Assembly (NCBI GenBank): GCA_964016885.1
Contig: OZ024756.1
Coordinates: 38,564,001 to 38,628,000 of the forward strand
DNA from: Eledone cirrhosa
Taxonomy: Eukaryota
DNA: 64,000 nucleotides
Direction of reading: 5' to 3'
Shown here: one piece after another, positions 1-12,029 of the stretch
Position numbering within the stretch: position 1 is the stretch's first letter
How the letters are laid out: each line of letters starts with the position of its first letter
Program-made: the position numbers and the translations under genes
Notes under the pieces: model-generated
Seen by the model: only the letters and a program-made list of their open reading frames with translations
Database searches by the model: none
What the model was told of the DNA's origin: nothing

Positions 1-889
1 TACTAATCAAACAGTAGGGTTAAAATGATCGACTAAAGATCTTCAAGACAGTGCTCCAGCATGGCCTGAATGAAAAGAAAACAGTTAAAGAATAAGAAAC
101 TAAGCAATCATAAGGCCCTAAATTCTTATCTTAAAGAAGAAAACAGAAAACCTTGGCCCAAATTCTAGCAAAGTTGCAATTGTAGGCACAAATAAGGTTA
201 GTGTCTGGTATTGGTGACTGTGGTTTGGGAAGAAGGAAGGGGGAGGAGGGAAAAGGAATAAAAGAAAAAGAGAGAGAGAGGTGGTCAGAGACAAGGAAAA
301 AGAAAACGAGAGATACAAGCAAAAGTGAGTGAAATTTGGGAAGAAAGTGTGAAAATATAGAAATAGAATTGGTTGCTGAGGTTACAGTGTTATTGGCAAA
401 AGAATATAGAATCAGATTGTCTGTGAAGTTTACTGTTTCCACAGCTTCACAACCACCACCACCACATATGTCTGTGTCTCCCTCTCTCTCTTGTATATAT
501 TTGTGTATGAACATGGAATTTCAACTGGTTTAAAAACACTCCTTCTACCCAAAAGTTTAGTGACATTCCATCCTTCCAAGATAACACAGATTTTATTTTT
601 AAACATGATATCAGCAACTCTTTGGAGTTAAACTTTTCAGCTTCTTGCAGGAATTTCATTCATCTTCAACATCCTAGTTTGGTGGGCTGGCTGGAGGTTA
701 AATATCTGTTTTTATTTTACTTTAAAAAAAATTTTTTTTTTAACAAGGTGCAGGCGTCGTTGTGTGGTTTCCTTCACAACCAGCCACATGGTTTCAGATT
801 CAGTCTCAATGCATGGAACCTTAAAAAGTGTCATTTTACTTTGGTTTGACCAACCTGGTCAAAACTGCCTCTGGTTCTATGAAACTTCT

Positions 890-1220
890 TCACCCACTTA
901 TTCTTGAAAGGGTCATGTGGGCAAAGTCCTCAAACATTCCTTCCAGTGGGTGGGTCCTGTCAGAAGCAACCGTCTCCAACTGATCCGGCTGGATCCCCAA
1001 GCTTATGGATGTTATCCAACCATCTTGCTTGGGGTCTTCTGTCGGTTGGTTTTCCCCATAAAATCTGTCCAGCGATTCTTTCCTCAGACATTCTAACCAC
1101 ATGTCCATAGTATCACAGCTGTGATCCCTCAATTCGGAGAAGTAGCGGCTCTACCTGGAGTGACTCTCTGATCTCCGAGCTACGCATGCTATCGAGTAAC
1201 GTTACTCCAAAGACTCTTCG
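890..1220 (-). mobile_element. RTE-clade LINE 3' fragment (related copies 13880-14135, 16520-16645, 46660-46975)
   Basis: YGHVVRMS.ERIAGQILR..PT.R...RWLDNI RT C-terminal motif, with frameshifts. Confidence 0.75.
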
Positions 1221-1835
1221 AAGGAACCCCATTCTTTAAAGGGTTAAAGAAACAGATTAATGTAAAGGGTAGAAAAATTTTTAAAAAGCTTTGCTTTTTA
1301 TATAAATTTTATTAGAAAAGAAAAATATAAAACAAGAAATATAAATTTTAAAAAAAGGATTTATAAAATTAAAATTATTTGCCATAATTCATTTTTTCTC
1401 CATAAAATGTCTGAACTGAGTGAAATGAAACCATCAAAAGATATTTTTTTTCCCCTTTCTTTACATGAAAAACTGGTAGAAATTTTACTTTCAAAGATAT
1501 AATGGTTTCTAATTTAGGCACAAGGACTGCAATTTGGGAGTGATGGAGAAAGACGATTATATTGGCCCCCTATTATTTTGTTGGTATTTTATTTTATTGA
1601 CCACCACCAGAAGGATAAAAGCTAAAATTGACCTCAGCAGGATTTGAATTCAATACGTGAATAGTTGTGACAAATACCACAAAGCATTTTGTCCAACACT
1701 AACAATTCTGCCAATCTACTAATCTTAAAACATGATGATAATAATAACAACAATAATATAAAAAACATGACCAATAAAACAACACACCAACACAAACAAA
1801 AGAAAAACAGGCATTTACATACAAACCACAGACAC

Positions 1836-2064
1836 TTAACCCTTTTGCATTTATATTACTCTACATTTACTATTGTATTTTCATGGTAAAGGCTTTACCT
1901 CACATGAATATCTCACATAATATCGAATCTACGAGATTTTGATATTATTTATTTTGAGAACAATACCTTAACATCAGTATGTGTGGCTGGTTACAGCTGG
2001 TTTCAACAGAAAGAGGTAAGAAAATTCTGGCCGGATATAGTCGGTTTAAATGTTAAAGGGTTAA
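1836..2064. mobile_element. piggyBac-like MITE (related copies at 25541-25745, 24926-25030, 13297-13480, 29906-29995)
   Basis: TTAA|CCCTTT...AAAGGG|TTAA termini with TTAA duplications. Confidence 0.7.
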
Positions 2065-2369
2065 AGACAATACATTCACATTCATCTTTCCTTTGTGGAA
2101 ACTATGTCAGTTGGTCGCATCTCCTGGCAGAGGGAGGCAGATTAGGTATTACATGACATCCCATGGTGGTGGTAGTGGGAGTAGTCATGGTGATGGTGGT
2201 AGCAGTAGTGGTCATGATGATGGTGGTAGTAGTCATGATGGTGGTAGTGGTCACGATGATGATGGCAGTCTTGGTGATGATGGTGGTGTTGGTGGTGGGG
2301 GGGTAGTGGTCATAATCATGGCAGTGTTGGTGATGGTGATGGTATATATGTCTCTTGATAATAATTGTT

Positions 2370-2552
2370 TCTACTTTTTGGAACAAGGCCAGCAATTACC
2401 CAGTGCATTACTGGTACTTTATTTTATCGACCCCATAAAGACGAAAGGCAAAGATAACCTCGGCGGGATTTGAACTCAGAATGGCAAGGGCCGTAACTCT
2501 ATACCTCAAAGCATGGTGTCCGACCCTCTACCGATACTGGCAACCTACCGGC
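2370..2552 (-). mobile_element. tRNA-derived SINE family A (more than 20 copies in the window, e.g. 6023-6220, 6240-6450, 15680-15885, 31585-31760, 37800-37940 on -)
   Basis: A/B-box-like head (TGGCAGTATCGGTAG...GAGTTCAAATCC), central GCCTTTCATCCTTACGGGGTCGATAAAATAAAGTACCAG, (ATT)n tail. Confidence 0.85.
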
Positions 2553-2689
2553 CTATGTCTCTTGATAATAACACTGATGTTGCAAGGTGGGTTAATCTTT
2601 GACTGCAACATGACAACTAGATATATATATTAGTTATATATACAATAATTAGGTAATTTTCTACCTACAAGATATGTATATATATACAT

Positions 2690-3290
2690 ATGTATAAATC
2701 ATGTACATATATAATCATTTTATGTCCATTTTCTGTGTGCTTGTGTATATATACACATACATATATGTGCTTGTGTTCATATATATACATATATAGATAT
2801 CTACAAATATATGCACACACACACACATATGTACAGGGTGTCCCGAAAAAATGTATATACACTTCAACAGCATCTATTTTCTGTGTGCTTGTGTATATAT
2901 GTACACATACATATGTGTGCTTGTGTATATATGTACACATACATATGTGTTCTTATGTTCACATATATATACATATCTACAAATATATATATATATACAC
3001 ACACACACATATGTACAGGGTGTCCCGAAAAAATATATACACACTTCAACAGCATCTATTTTCTGTGTGCTTGTGTATATATATACACATACATATGTGA
3101 GCTTATATTCACATATATATATACATATCTATATATATATAGATATCTACAAATATATATATATATACACACATATGTAGAGTGTCCTGAAAAAATATAT
3201 ACACTTCAACAGCATTCTAATAAAAGTGCATATATTTTTTTTTTGGGGGGGGGGGGGGCTGTATATATATATATATACATAGGTATGTGT
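2690..3290. repeat. ~180-bp tandem repeat (about 3 copies) built from a MITE end plus TA/CA microsatellite
   Basis: TACAGGGTGTCCCGAAAAAA..ACACTTCAACAGCAT recurs at ~2832, ~3014 and ~3178. Confidence 0.8.
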
Positions 3291-3424
3291 ACTTATGTGT
3301 ATATTGAGAATTAGAAAATCTTCAACACTCCCCCACACATATGTACATCTCACCTCCTCACCTTTTATTTTGGTCTATTTTTTTTCTCCAGCTCCTCTTC
3401 TTCCTTTTCCACACTGTTCCTTCC

Positions 3425-3556
3425 TCAATTGTCCTCTTCATGTAACTCTTTTACAGAAGGAGATACCATTGTCGACCATGCAGACTGAGACAAGATGATT
3501 GGTCGTAGAAGATTCCGGATTTTGGTGAAGTTTCTTTTGAATTGGATTCCGTCTCC
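3425..3556 (-). CDS. CHK1: CHK1 exon 13, terminal (GDGIQFKRNFTKIRNLLRPIILSQSAWSTMVSPSVKELHEEDN*)
   Basis: GDG..FKR.F.KI completes CM2; TGA at 3427-3425; exon lengths sum to 1440 nt = 479 aa + stop. Confidence 0.95.
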   Translation of the reverse strand, partial: GDGIQFKRNFTKIRNLLRPIILSQSAWSTMVSPSVKELHEEDN

Positions 3557-3699
3557 CTGAAGATGAAAAATATAAAAATATAAATTAACTATTTTATCAC
3601 CATATTTCTAATAAAAGACAATGCCTTTGATTTTCAAATAATTTTGAAAATATTTTCAATGATTTACTTAATATAATTGTCACATTAAGCTGGTGTTTG

Positions 3700-3990
3700 G
3701 AAAATACACACATAAACATACCATACAAATACACACACATAAACATACCATACACAAACACACACACATAAACATACCATACACACGCGTACACACATAA
3801 AAATACCATACACAAACACACACACATAAACATACCATACACACACATACCATACACAAATACACACACAAACAAACCATACACACGCGTTCACAAATAC
3901 CATACACAAATACACACACATAAATATACCATACCATACACAAATACACACACATAAATATACCATACACATACATACATCTACACAGAA
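3700..3990. repeat. CA-rich ~24-bp minisatellite
   Basis: ACACACACATAAACATACCAT units. Confidence 0.85.
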
Positions 3991-4331
3991 AACATGAAAA
4001 TATACTATACATACACCCATAAACATATAAAAAATTGTGATGCAAGAATTTTAGACAAACACGTTAACATGGCTTATAATTTTCAAATAACTTTGAAAGT
4101 AATCAAGGATTTGGAGTGATTTAGTAATATAACTAACTTTCTTATTAAATATTACCAATATGCCATGTAACTACACATAGTAATTTTATAAGATCCATAT
4201 GTTGAATTACTACCTTAATAAAATAAGAAATGATTTTAGTAAATCCTTTAAAATTCTTCACTAAATTTATTGAAATAGAATGTATTTTATTAGAAAAGGA
4301 TTACAGATGACAACAGAGGCATTTAACTTAC

Positions 4332-4433
4332 CTTTGATAAGCGAAAATCTACCAATAGATTATCTCCCATTTTCACCAGAGCAGCCTTGAACGACAGTGG
4401 ACACTTCCGCCTGTCAAATGTCTGTATTGTAAA
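4332..4433 (-). CDS. CHK1: CHK1 exon 12 (FTIQTFDRRKCPLSFKAALVKMGDNLLVDFRLSK)
   Basis: DRR..L.FK and LVDFRLSK (CM2 motif). Confidence 0.96.
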
Positions 4434-4917
4434 CTACAAACAAACAAAAACAATATATATATACATCATTAACAAAGGAGAGGAAAAAAATAATAATAAA
4501 AATACCCTCTTCCCTCTTTATCGATACTCTAAATAAATGGTTCCCAAAATTAAAAAAAAAATGTTTGCCAAAAGCTCTGACACTTTATTTTATGGACCCC
4601 AGAATTGACCTTGGTGGGATTAGAACTCAAAACAAAGAAGACCAGAAGGAAATGCATTTTATCCAACACGTTATCAATTCTGATAATTTACCACTACCGT
4701 CTCCAATTGAGCCAGCTGGATCCCCAAGTGAAACCAGCCGAGAATAATATATTAATAAAAATAATAATGGTTTCTGTCTGATTTAGGCACAAGGCCAACA
4801 ATTTTGGGGCAGGGCAAAGTCAATTAAATCAACCCCAGTGTATTACTGGTGCTGCTTTATTCTATTGACCCCCGTAAGGATAAAAGGCAAAATGAAATGC
4901 AGAAATTTGAAACTTAC

Positions 4918-5052
4918 CAATCCTAGAGAATTATTTTTCTTCCAAGTGAAAGCCAGAGTTTCAAAGGCTTTTGTTAACTCCTTAACTGTTGCTTCTTCGT
5001 TACAGTTAACAAAGAATCGAGTTAACCTTCGTACAAGGTGAGGACCAGAGGA
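4918..5052 (-). CDS. CHK1: CHK1 exon 11 (SSGPHLVRRLTRFFVNCNEEATVKELTKAFETLAFTWKKNNSLGL)
   Basis: LVRRLTRFF is the Chk1 CM1 motif (LVKRMTRFF), start of the KA1 domain. Confidence 0.95.
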
Positions 5053-5162
5053 CTGTGGGAAAAAAGACAGAGATTAACGTATGAATAATAACAAGATGAG
5101 GAATTGTAAGTTGAAAAAGACACAGATTAAAGGTGTAAATAATGTGAGGACCAGAGGACTGT

Positions 5163-5442
5163 GTGTGTGTGTGACAGCTCACACCTATGTGTGTGTGTGA
5201 CAGCTCACACCTCTGCAGGTTTAGCTGGCCTCCTTCAAGGTAAATCTCGTTGGAGGTGTCTTGGGTAATTTAATGATAGGGACCCCAGTCCCTATCATCT
5301 CATTTCTACAGATGAGCAAACTGGAGCAACGTGAAATAAAGTGTCTTGCTCAAGGAAACAACACATCACCCAGTCCGAGAATTGAACTCACAACCTTTCG
5401 ATTGCAAGCCCAATGCTCTAACCACTAAGCCATGTGCCTTCA
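5163..5442 (-). mobile_element. tRNA-derived SINE family B with 11-bp TSD (related 20100-20262, 62545-62740)
   Basis: TGGCTTAGTGGTTAG A-box, GAGTTCAATTC B-box, (CA)n tail; CAGAGGACTGT flanks at 5152-5162 and 5443-5453. Confidence 0.85.
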
Positions 5443-5817
5443 CAGAGGACTGTAAGATGAAGAAACAGATTAAGGGGTAAATAAGGTGAGGACTAGAGGA
5501 CTGTAAGATGGAAGACAAATTTAGGTATGAATAATAACGAGATGGTGAGAACCAGAAGACCAAGGTATGAATAAGGACAAGGGACCAACTTTAGTTTTCT
5601 TCTATTTTTTGGGGAGGTGAGGAGAGATTAGGTCTTCTCATTCCATTTGTAGCATTCCTTCATCATGTTCTCCATAAAGTGCCACATTTTGAGATCAGCT
5701 ATAACCACCTTTCCTCATGTCTTGCTCTGTCTTCTACTGCAGCTTCCTGATGATGATGGTGATGATGATGTCTAGAGAGAGGAGGCCATCATCACTTGTT
5801 GAAAATGTTCTGCTTAC

Positions 5818-5977
5818 CTGAGACTCCTGTGTCTGGTGTTGGCTGGATAACATCATATGATCTGGACGGACTGGCTGGGAGTATGTAATGGCCTTGAGAG
5901 AGCCAGCAGCAGATGAGGGACTCTCCGTAGCACGAGAAATAACATCAGGTTGGGACAAGGAGAACTGGTGATCAAAT
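5818..5977 (-). CDS. CHK1: CHK1 exon 10, SQ cluster (FSLSQPD...ITYSQPVRPDHMMLSSQHQTQESQ)
   Basis: SQP motifs equivalent to the ATR sites S317/S345; PDHM.L.SQ conserved. Confidence 0.95.
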
Positions 5978-6687
5978 CTACAACAAAACAAAGACAACAG
6001 CAAATATAAGATATATAATAATAAAGGTTTCTGATTTAGGCACAAGGCTGGCAATTACCCCAGTGTATTACCGGTGCTTTATTTTATTGACCCCGTAAGC
6101 ATGAAAGGCAAAGTTAACCTCGACAGGATTTGAACTCAGACCATAAAATAAAAGGCCATAACTCTATGCTGCAAAGCACAGCGTCCGACCCTCTACTAAC
6201 ACTGCCAATCCACCGCCCTTATAGCTATATATTAATAATGGGTTCTACTTTAGGCACAAGGCCAGCAATTTGGGGGGGGGGGGGAGGAAAGTTGATTGAA
6301 TCGACTCCAGTGCATTACTGGTACTTTATTTTATCGATCCCATAAGGATGAATGGCAAAGCTAATCTCGGCAGGATTTGAACGTAAAGGGGCATAACTCT
6401 ATGCTGCGAAGCATGGTGTCCGACGCTCTACCGAATCTGCCAATCCACTGCTCTCAAATATAATAAGGAAAATTATTGTGTACAGTGCTCAGGTGCACTA
6501 CAACTCATTAAAGGTGCATGTATAGTACATAGAATAATGTACAAATGCCAGGAAAGTGAACAGTGTATGAGTCATGATACACACAGACACATGCGTGCGT
6601 GTAGGAGGGGGAATATCAGCTGTAGTGCACCTGAGCACTGTACACAATAATTTTCATTATTATTATTATAAGTGAGGAAAGGGTGGG

Positions 6688-6876
6688 GGATTGGCAGTAT
6701 CGGTAGAGGGTCGGACGCCATGCTTTGCAGCATGGAGTTACGGCCCTTTATGATCTGAGTTCAAATCCCGCCGAGGTTAACTTTGCCTTTCATCCTTACG
6801 GGGTCGATAAAATAAAGTACCAGTAATGCACTGGGATAATTGCTGGCCTTGTGCCAAAAGTAGAAACAATTATTAT
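6688..6876 (+). mobile_element. SINE family A, plus-strand copy (also 16912-17125, 20461-20650, 25205-25382, 35745-35930, 38145-38370, 44890-45230)
   Basis: Same head, core and tail as above. Confidence 0.85.
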
Positions 6877-7148
6877 AAGTGAGGAAGAAAGAGAAGGAAG
6901 AGCAGAAGTGTGAAGAAGAAAAGGAGGAGGAGAAGGAGAAGAAACAGTGAGGAAGAAAGAGGGGGAAGAGCAGAAGTGTGAAGAAGAAAAGAAGGAGAAG
7001 AAACAGTGAAGAAGAAAGAGGAAGAAGAGCAGAAGTGTGAAGCGGAGGAGAAGATAGACAAATGAAGACAAGAGGATCAATTTATAAAAATATTCGGGTG
7101 AGATCAACAGAGATTATGAGAAAATGGAATGGAATTGGAAGGACTTAC

Positions 7149-7245
7149 TTTCCAAGAGCGGAGGGAGAAGACTGGTCTAAACCGGAACAGACTCGTTTCA
7201 ATGTTCCAGATTCACCAGAGAGGTTCTCTAACCGGAGTGGCATAG
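7149..7245 (-). CDS. CHK1: CHK1 exon 9, linker (SMPLRLENLSGESGTLKRVCSGLDQSSPSALGK)
   Basis: Open frame between TTTACAG and GTAAGT; bridges phase 1 to phase 2; KRVCS resembles the Chk1 RPRVTS region. Confidence 0.85.
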
Positions 7246-7750
7246 CTGTAAATAGGGAGAAAAAAAAACCACATTGAGTCACATAGCATTTTAAAGTCTA
7301 CATGATAGCGTGGAAGATAGACATTAAACGATGATGATGATCAGATACATCATCATCAGTGTCTCTGTCCACTTTACATGATTTATTCAACATTTATTGT
7401 AGTTATGAGCACTGTGGAGACTATTTTCAAATTCCAAAGTGAACCAAGTCATATACATGTGTATTGTGTGTTTGTATGTACGTGTATGCATATGTATATG
7501 TATTTGTATAGGCATGTATGTGTGTATGTATGTGTATTTGTGTGTGCATGTATGTGTGTATGTATGTGTGTATGTATGTGTATTTGTGTGTGTATGTATG
7601 TGTATTTGTATAGGTATGTATGTGTGTATGTATGTATGTGTATTTGTATGGGTATGTATGTGTATTTGTATGGGTATGTGTGGGTGTGTGTCAGTTGACA
7701 AAAAAAAAAAAAAAACTGAAACAACATAAAAGAACAAATATAAATCTTAC

Positions 7751-7846
7751 ATTTTCTCAAGTTCTTTAAAAACCATTGGTTCTTTTTCATCTGTGGAATG
7801 GTGTACCTTTTCTTACTGTTCTCAATCAAGATTTTTCTTAAAAGAA
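7751..7846 (-). CDS. CHK1: CHK1 exon 8 (FLLRKILIENSKKRYTIPQMKKNQWFLKNLRK)
   Basis: Kinase subdomain XI with invariant Arg and terminal WF; canonical splice sites. Confidence 0.93.
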
Positions 7847-8134
7847 CTGAAAAATGTAAAAAAAAATTAGATCCATATATATGTGCAGACATGGCTGTGT
7901 GGTTAGCCCTTTAACATTTAAACTGGCCTAAAATATATGATGGGGTGCATCCAAGACTTCACTAAGAGTTATAGGTTCATACAGACATCAAGTAGTGGGC
8001 CCCACAGCAGGATTTGAACTCAGAATGTAAAGAGCTGGAATAAATACCATAAAGCATCTTATCTGATATTCTTTAACCCTTTAGCATTTATACTGGCCAG
8101 TCCCACCCTCTCTAACAAACTGCAAATTTGCCTA

Positions 8135-8700
8135 GTGTGTATTGTGGTGTGTTGTATGTGTTGTGTTGTGTGTACTGTGATGTGTTGTGTGTACTGTGGT
8201 ATGTTGTGTGTGTTGTGATACTGTGGTATGTTGTGTGTACTGTGATGTGTTGTGTGTACTGTGGTATGTTGTGATGTGCTGTGTGTACTGTGGTATGTTG
8301 TGTGTACTGTGGTATGTTGTGTGTGTTGTGATACTGTGGTATGTTGTGTGTACTGCTGTGATGTGTTGTGTGTACTGTGGTGTGTTGTGTCTACTGTGAT
8401 ATGTTGTGTGTACTGTGGTGTGTTGAGATGTATTGTGTGTACTGTGGTGTGTTGTGTGTACTGTGGTGTGTTGTGTCTACTGTGATATGTTGTGCATGTT
8501 GTGTGTACTGTGGTGTGTTGAGATGTATTGTGTGTACTGTGGTGTGTTGTGTGTACTGTGGTGTGTTGTGTCTACTGTGATATGTTGTGCATGTTGTGTG
8601 TACTGTGGTGTGTTGAGATGTATTGTGTGTACTGTGGTGTGTTGAGATGTATTGTGTGTACTGTGGTGTGTTGTTATGTATTGCGTGCTGTTTTGTGTTG
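8135..8700. repeat. TG-rich minisatellite (TGTGTGTACTGTGGTGTGT)n
   Basis: Direct inspection. Confidence 0.9.
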
Positions 8701-8829
8701 TGTTAAGCGTCTATGTGGACATAGGTATGTATATATGTATGTATCAAGTAGCTATTGTGAACAGCCAGCCAACAGAGATGCCCCAGTTATTGCTTCAGAG
8801 AGAACAGTAAACAATAATTTAGGTTAGAT

Positions 8830-8998
8830 CAATTACAATTTAGCTGACTGATAATTACAACTTAGGTCACTGACAATTACATTTTAGCTTACTGACAATT
8901 ACAATTTCAGTTACTGATAATTATAATTTAGGTCACTGACAATTACATTTTAGGTTGCTGACAATTACAATTTTGGTTATTGATAATTATAATTTCAG
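8830..8998. repeat. ~21-bp minisatellite (ACAATTACAATTTAGGTCACTG)
   Basis: About 8 degenerate units next to the CHK1 exon 7 donor. Confidence 0.8.
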
Positions 8999-9032
8999 AA
9001 ACAATAAAACTAAACCAAAGGAACCAACTCAC

Positions 9033-9137
9033 ATAAAGCCATATTTTCAATTTTATTCCAGGGAGAATTCAAAATACAAAACTTGTTCCAATCGGAGTAT
9101 TCCTGGCAATCATTGGACGGTTCATCCCATGGCAATT
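9033..9137 (-). CDS. CHK1: CHK1 exon 7 (ELPWDEPSNDCQEYSDWNKFCILNSPWNKIENMAL)
   Basis: ELPWD.PS..CQEYSDW is a Chk1 signature; CAG acceptor, GTGAGT donor. Confidence 0.96.
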
Positions 9138-9919
9138 CTGTCAAGAAAAAGACAATAAACCTCTTAAGACCTTTGTTACCCTATTTCTAAGAAGTAAACT
9201 TCTTAAGACTTTTGTTACCATATTTCTAACGAAAGACACTGCCTATGATTTCAGTTAATTTTGAAATTAATAAAAAAATTGAAAGAATTCCGTTATTAAC
9301 CTGGTGTTAGGCACATAACTTTATAATAATTTCTTATATAAAATTATAATGGATGGTTTAAATTTAAACATAAGCACTTTAAAACAAACAGTAGGGGTGG
9401 ATTCAGGAAGGTTGGTATCAAAAGGGTCAACAAAGGTTCTAACATAAAATTAAGCAGGTAAAATGGACATTAAATGATGATGATGATGAATTTTGTATCA
9501 TAGAATGAGATTTGGTATAAAAAAAAATTAAGAGCTGAAACAAATACAAGGCATTTTGTTCAGCACTCTAAAGGATTCTGTCAACCAATAATAATATTTT
9601 CTAGTAAAGGCCACAATGGTTGTGAGGTTAAGATGGTGGATTAATAAACATGTGGTCATGAGATCAGATCTTGGTTTGTCAATGTTAAGGAAGGTAGGTA
9701 ACTCTGTTTGTCCTAGTTTGATGCTGAATAAACAACATGGTGATAGGAATTATTAGTGTCGTCCAACTATGTATAATTCTGTATAGTTCTGACTATGGAA
9801 ACAAAATTTGGAATCAAAAGGTCTGAGAGGAAACTAAGCCAAAAATAAAGTATGAAAAAAGATAGGACCTCGATTCCTTCAGTGAAGTCGCCCTGCTCAA
9901 TATATAGAAAAGAAGTAGG

Positions 9920-10230
9920 CTTAAACTCCACACAATGTACACAAAAGATGTAGTGGGATAATGGGTAGACTAACAGCGAAAGAAGAGTTTGTATGTATAA
10001 GATCCACAGGGGTAAACAAGGACATCGCGTTCATCAAGTCACTGCCATGTAATCTAATGTGTTCTTCAATGGTTTTCTTGAGGGTCAGATTAGGGCGACT
10101 GCGTCTACGAGTGACATCGGGGGACCATAACAGAACTCTGGCTGTAGCTTCACTGTGTTTCATTACGTGTCCAGTGAGGGCTAGATGACCTTTTCTTATG
10201 ACAGTTGAGATCTTTGGAAGACAGCCATAT
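9920..10230 (-). mobile_element. Decayed RTE-like LINE fragment
   Basis: L.L.GHVM.H......VLLW.P...R..RP motif. Confidence 0.6.
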
Positions 10231-10335
10231 AAAATAATGCCACAAGAACGAAAATATGAAGACTGAATATTTACCTTGAGCCCAAACAAATGCTACAATA
10301 CTAAATATAAAGACTTAGCAGAACTGAATGTTTAC

Positions 10336-10524
10336 CTCCAGCCAACATTGCTACCAAGATAATGCCACAAGACCAAATATCAGCAGGTTGAGCTGAATAT
10401 GGTCGACGTCTGATAACTTCAGGAGCGACATATGGAAGGGTTCCACAACATTTCTCCATCTCTCTCTCCTCACCCTGATAACGGAAGACGGTTGCCATAC
10501 CGAAATCGGAGATCTTTAAGTTCT
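10336..10524 (-). CDS. CHK1: CHK1 exon 6 ([62 protein letters not shown])
   Basis: [12 protein letters not shown] and DIWSCG motifs; Chk1-specific ATVFRY. Confidence 0.97.
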
Positions 10525-10810
10525 CTAAAATTAGATGAAAGAAAGGAAAGGAAAGAAAAAAGAATAATAATATAATAATAATGAAATTATTGTGTACAGT
10601 GCTCAGGTGCACTACAACTCATCAAAGGTGTATGTATAGTACATAGAATAATGTACAAATGTCAGGAAAGTGAACAGTGTATGAGCCATGATATATATGT
10701 GTGCATGTGTATGGAGGGGGAATATCCGGTGTAGTGGTGGCGAATTTCAGGAAACATGGAGGCTTTAAAGGATGCAGTGTCTCGACAGCTAACAACTAAT
10801 GCAGGTAGTT

Positions 10811-10867
<57 letters not shown>

Positions 10868-10922
10868 GCACACACAGGTTTATATATACACACACTCATA
10901 CTCATATTTACATACACACACA

Positions 10923-10976
<54 letters not shown>

Positions 10977-11089
10977 CATCAGTTTTACATGTTTTGCATG
11001 GGTTGGACACTGTGTGTATTTCTGCCAGCAGAGAAAAACAAACATGATGATAATGGTGATGAATATAACAACATTTGGTATATTTTTAC

Positions 11090-11159
11090 CATTTTCGTCT
11101 AAAAGGAGATTCTCTGGTTTCAAGTCACGATGTGCCACTCCTCTTGAATGTAAATATTC
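11090..11159 (-). CDS. CHK1: CHK1 exon 5 ([23 protein letters not shown])
   Basis: HRDLKPEN catalytic loop; canonical splice sites. Confidence 0.97.
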
Positions 11160-11865
11160 CTGCAAGAGAAGAGAAAAGCATAAAAACAACAACAAAAAAT
11201 ACTCATTCCGTAACAGATATTGATATACAATAAAAAAAATTTTGAAAATGTGGGAATCCCAAACAGAAAATAATTAGCAACAGTCAATTGCTATAAGTAA
11301 CAACTTAAAACCAATTTGTGATTAACTATAGAAAGATCATTAAGTCATATAACACCTACAAACCAACAGGTCTAAAATGTATATAGCTATTAAAAACTGT
11401 TGAAGTATTGATCATTTTCCAATAGATTAGTTATTAACAATGGTGACTTCTGACATTCTGGTCCCGGAACCACCTCCCTACTCACTTTGGGGATGGAGTT
11501 GGCTACCCACAGGAGTGAGTCCCTTCAGTTGTAATGGCTTCTCTGGGGATAAGACTTTTTCAAGTCTGTCTGCTGGGACCATATGACATGGGATTCTGCA
11601 CGATGGAGAGGAACGCTATATCTGATTCCAACTTTTCCCCCAGCTCATCCATATTTTTTGTCATTCATGCATATTAACATTACACATCCACTTGCATCAT
11701 CTCTCCCCAACCTTCACATATCCTCTACATTTACTGACCATGTGTCACTCTCCATCACACGCAGGTATCATTCAGCTGGCCTTTAGTTCGTAGTAGTATT
11801 CAACTCGCGTAATAGTATTCAATTCACATTTAAAATGGAGAAATATAGATAAATTAATACTTTAC

Positions 11866-11930
11866 CAATCCATCAATCAATTGTCTGAAATAATATTGAG
11901 CATGTTGTGGAGACATTCCAGCATCAGGAT
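11866..11930 (-). CDS. CHK1: CHK1 exon 4 (DPDAGMSPQHAQYYFRQLIDGL)
   Basis: Matches the Chk1 EPDIGMPEPDAQRFFHQL region; AG/GT boundaries, phase consistent. Confidence 0.93.
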
Positions 11931-12029
11931 CTGGAATATAGAGGATAAGAATTGTTCTATTGTGTTTCTTTGATACATCAACATCATCATCATTGTCATC
12001 AATATTTAACATCTTTTTTCACAGTTAGC

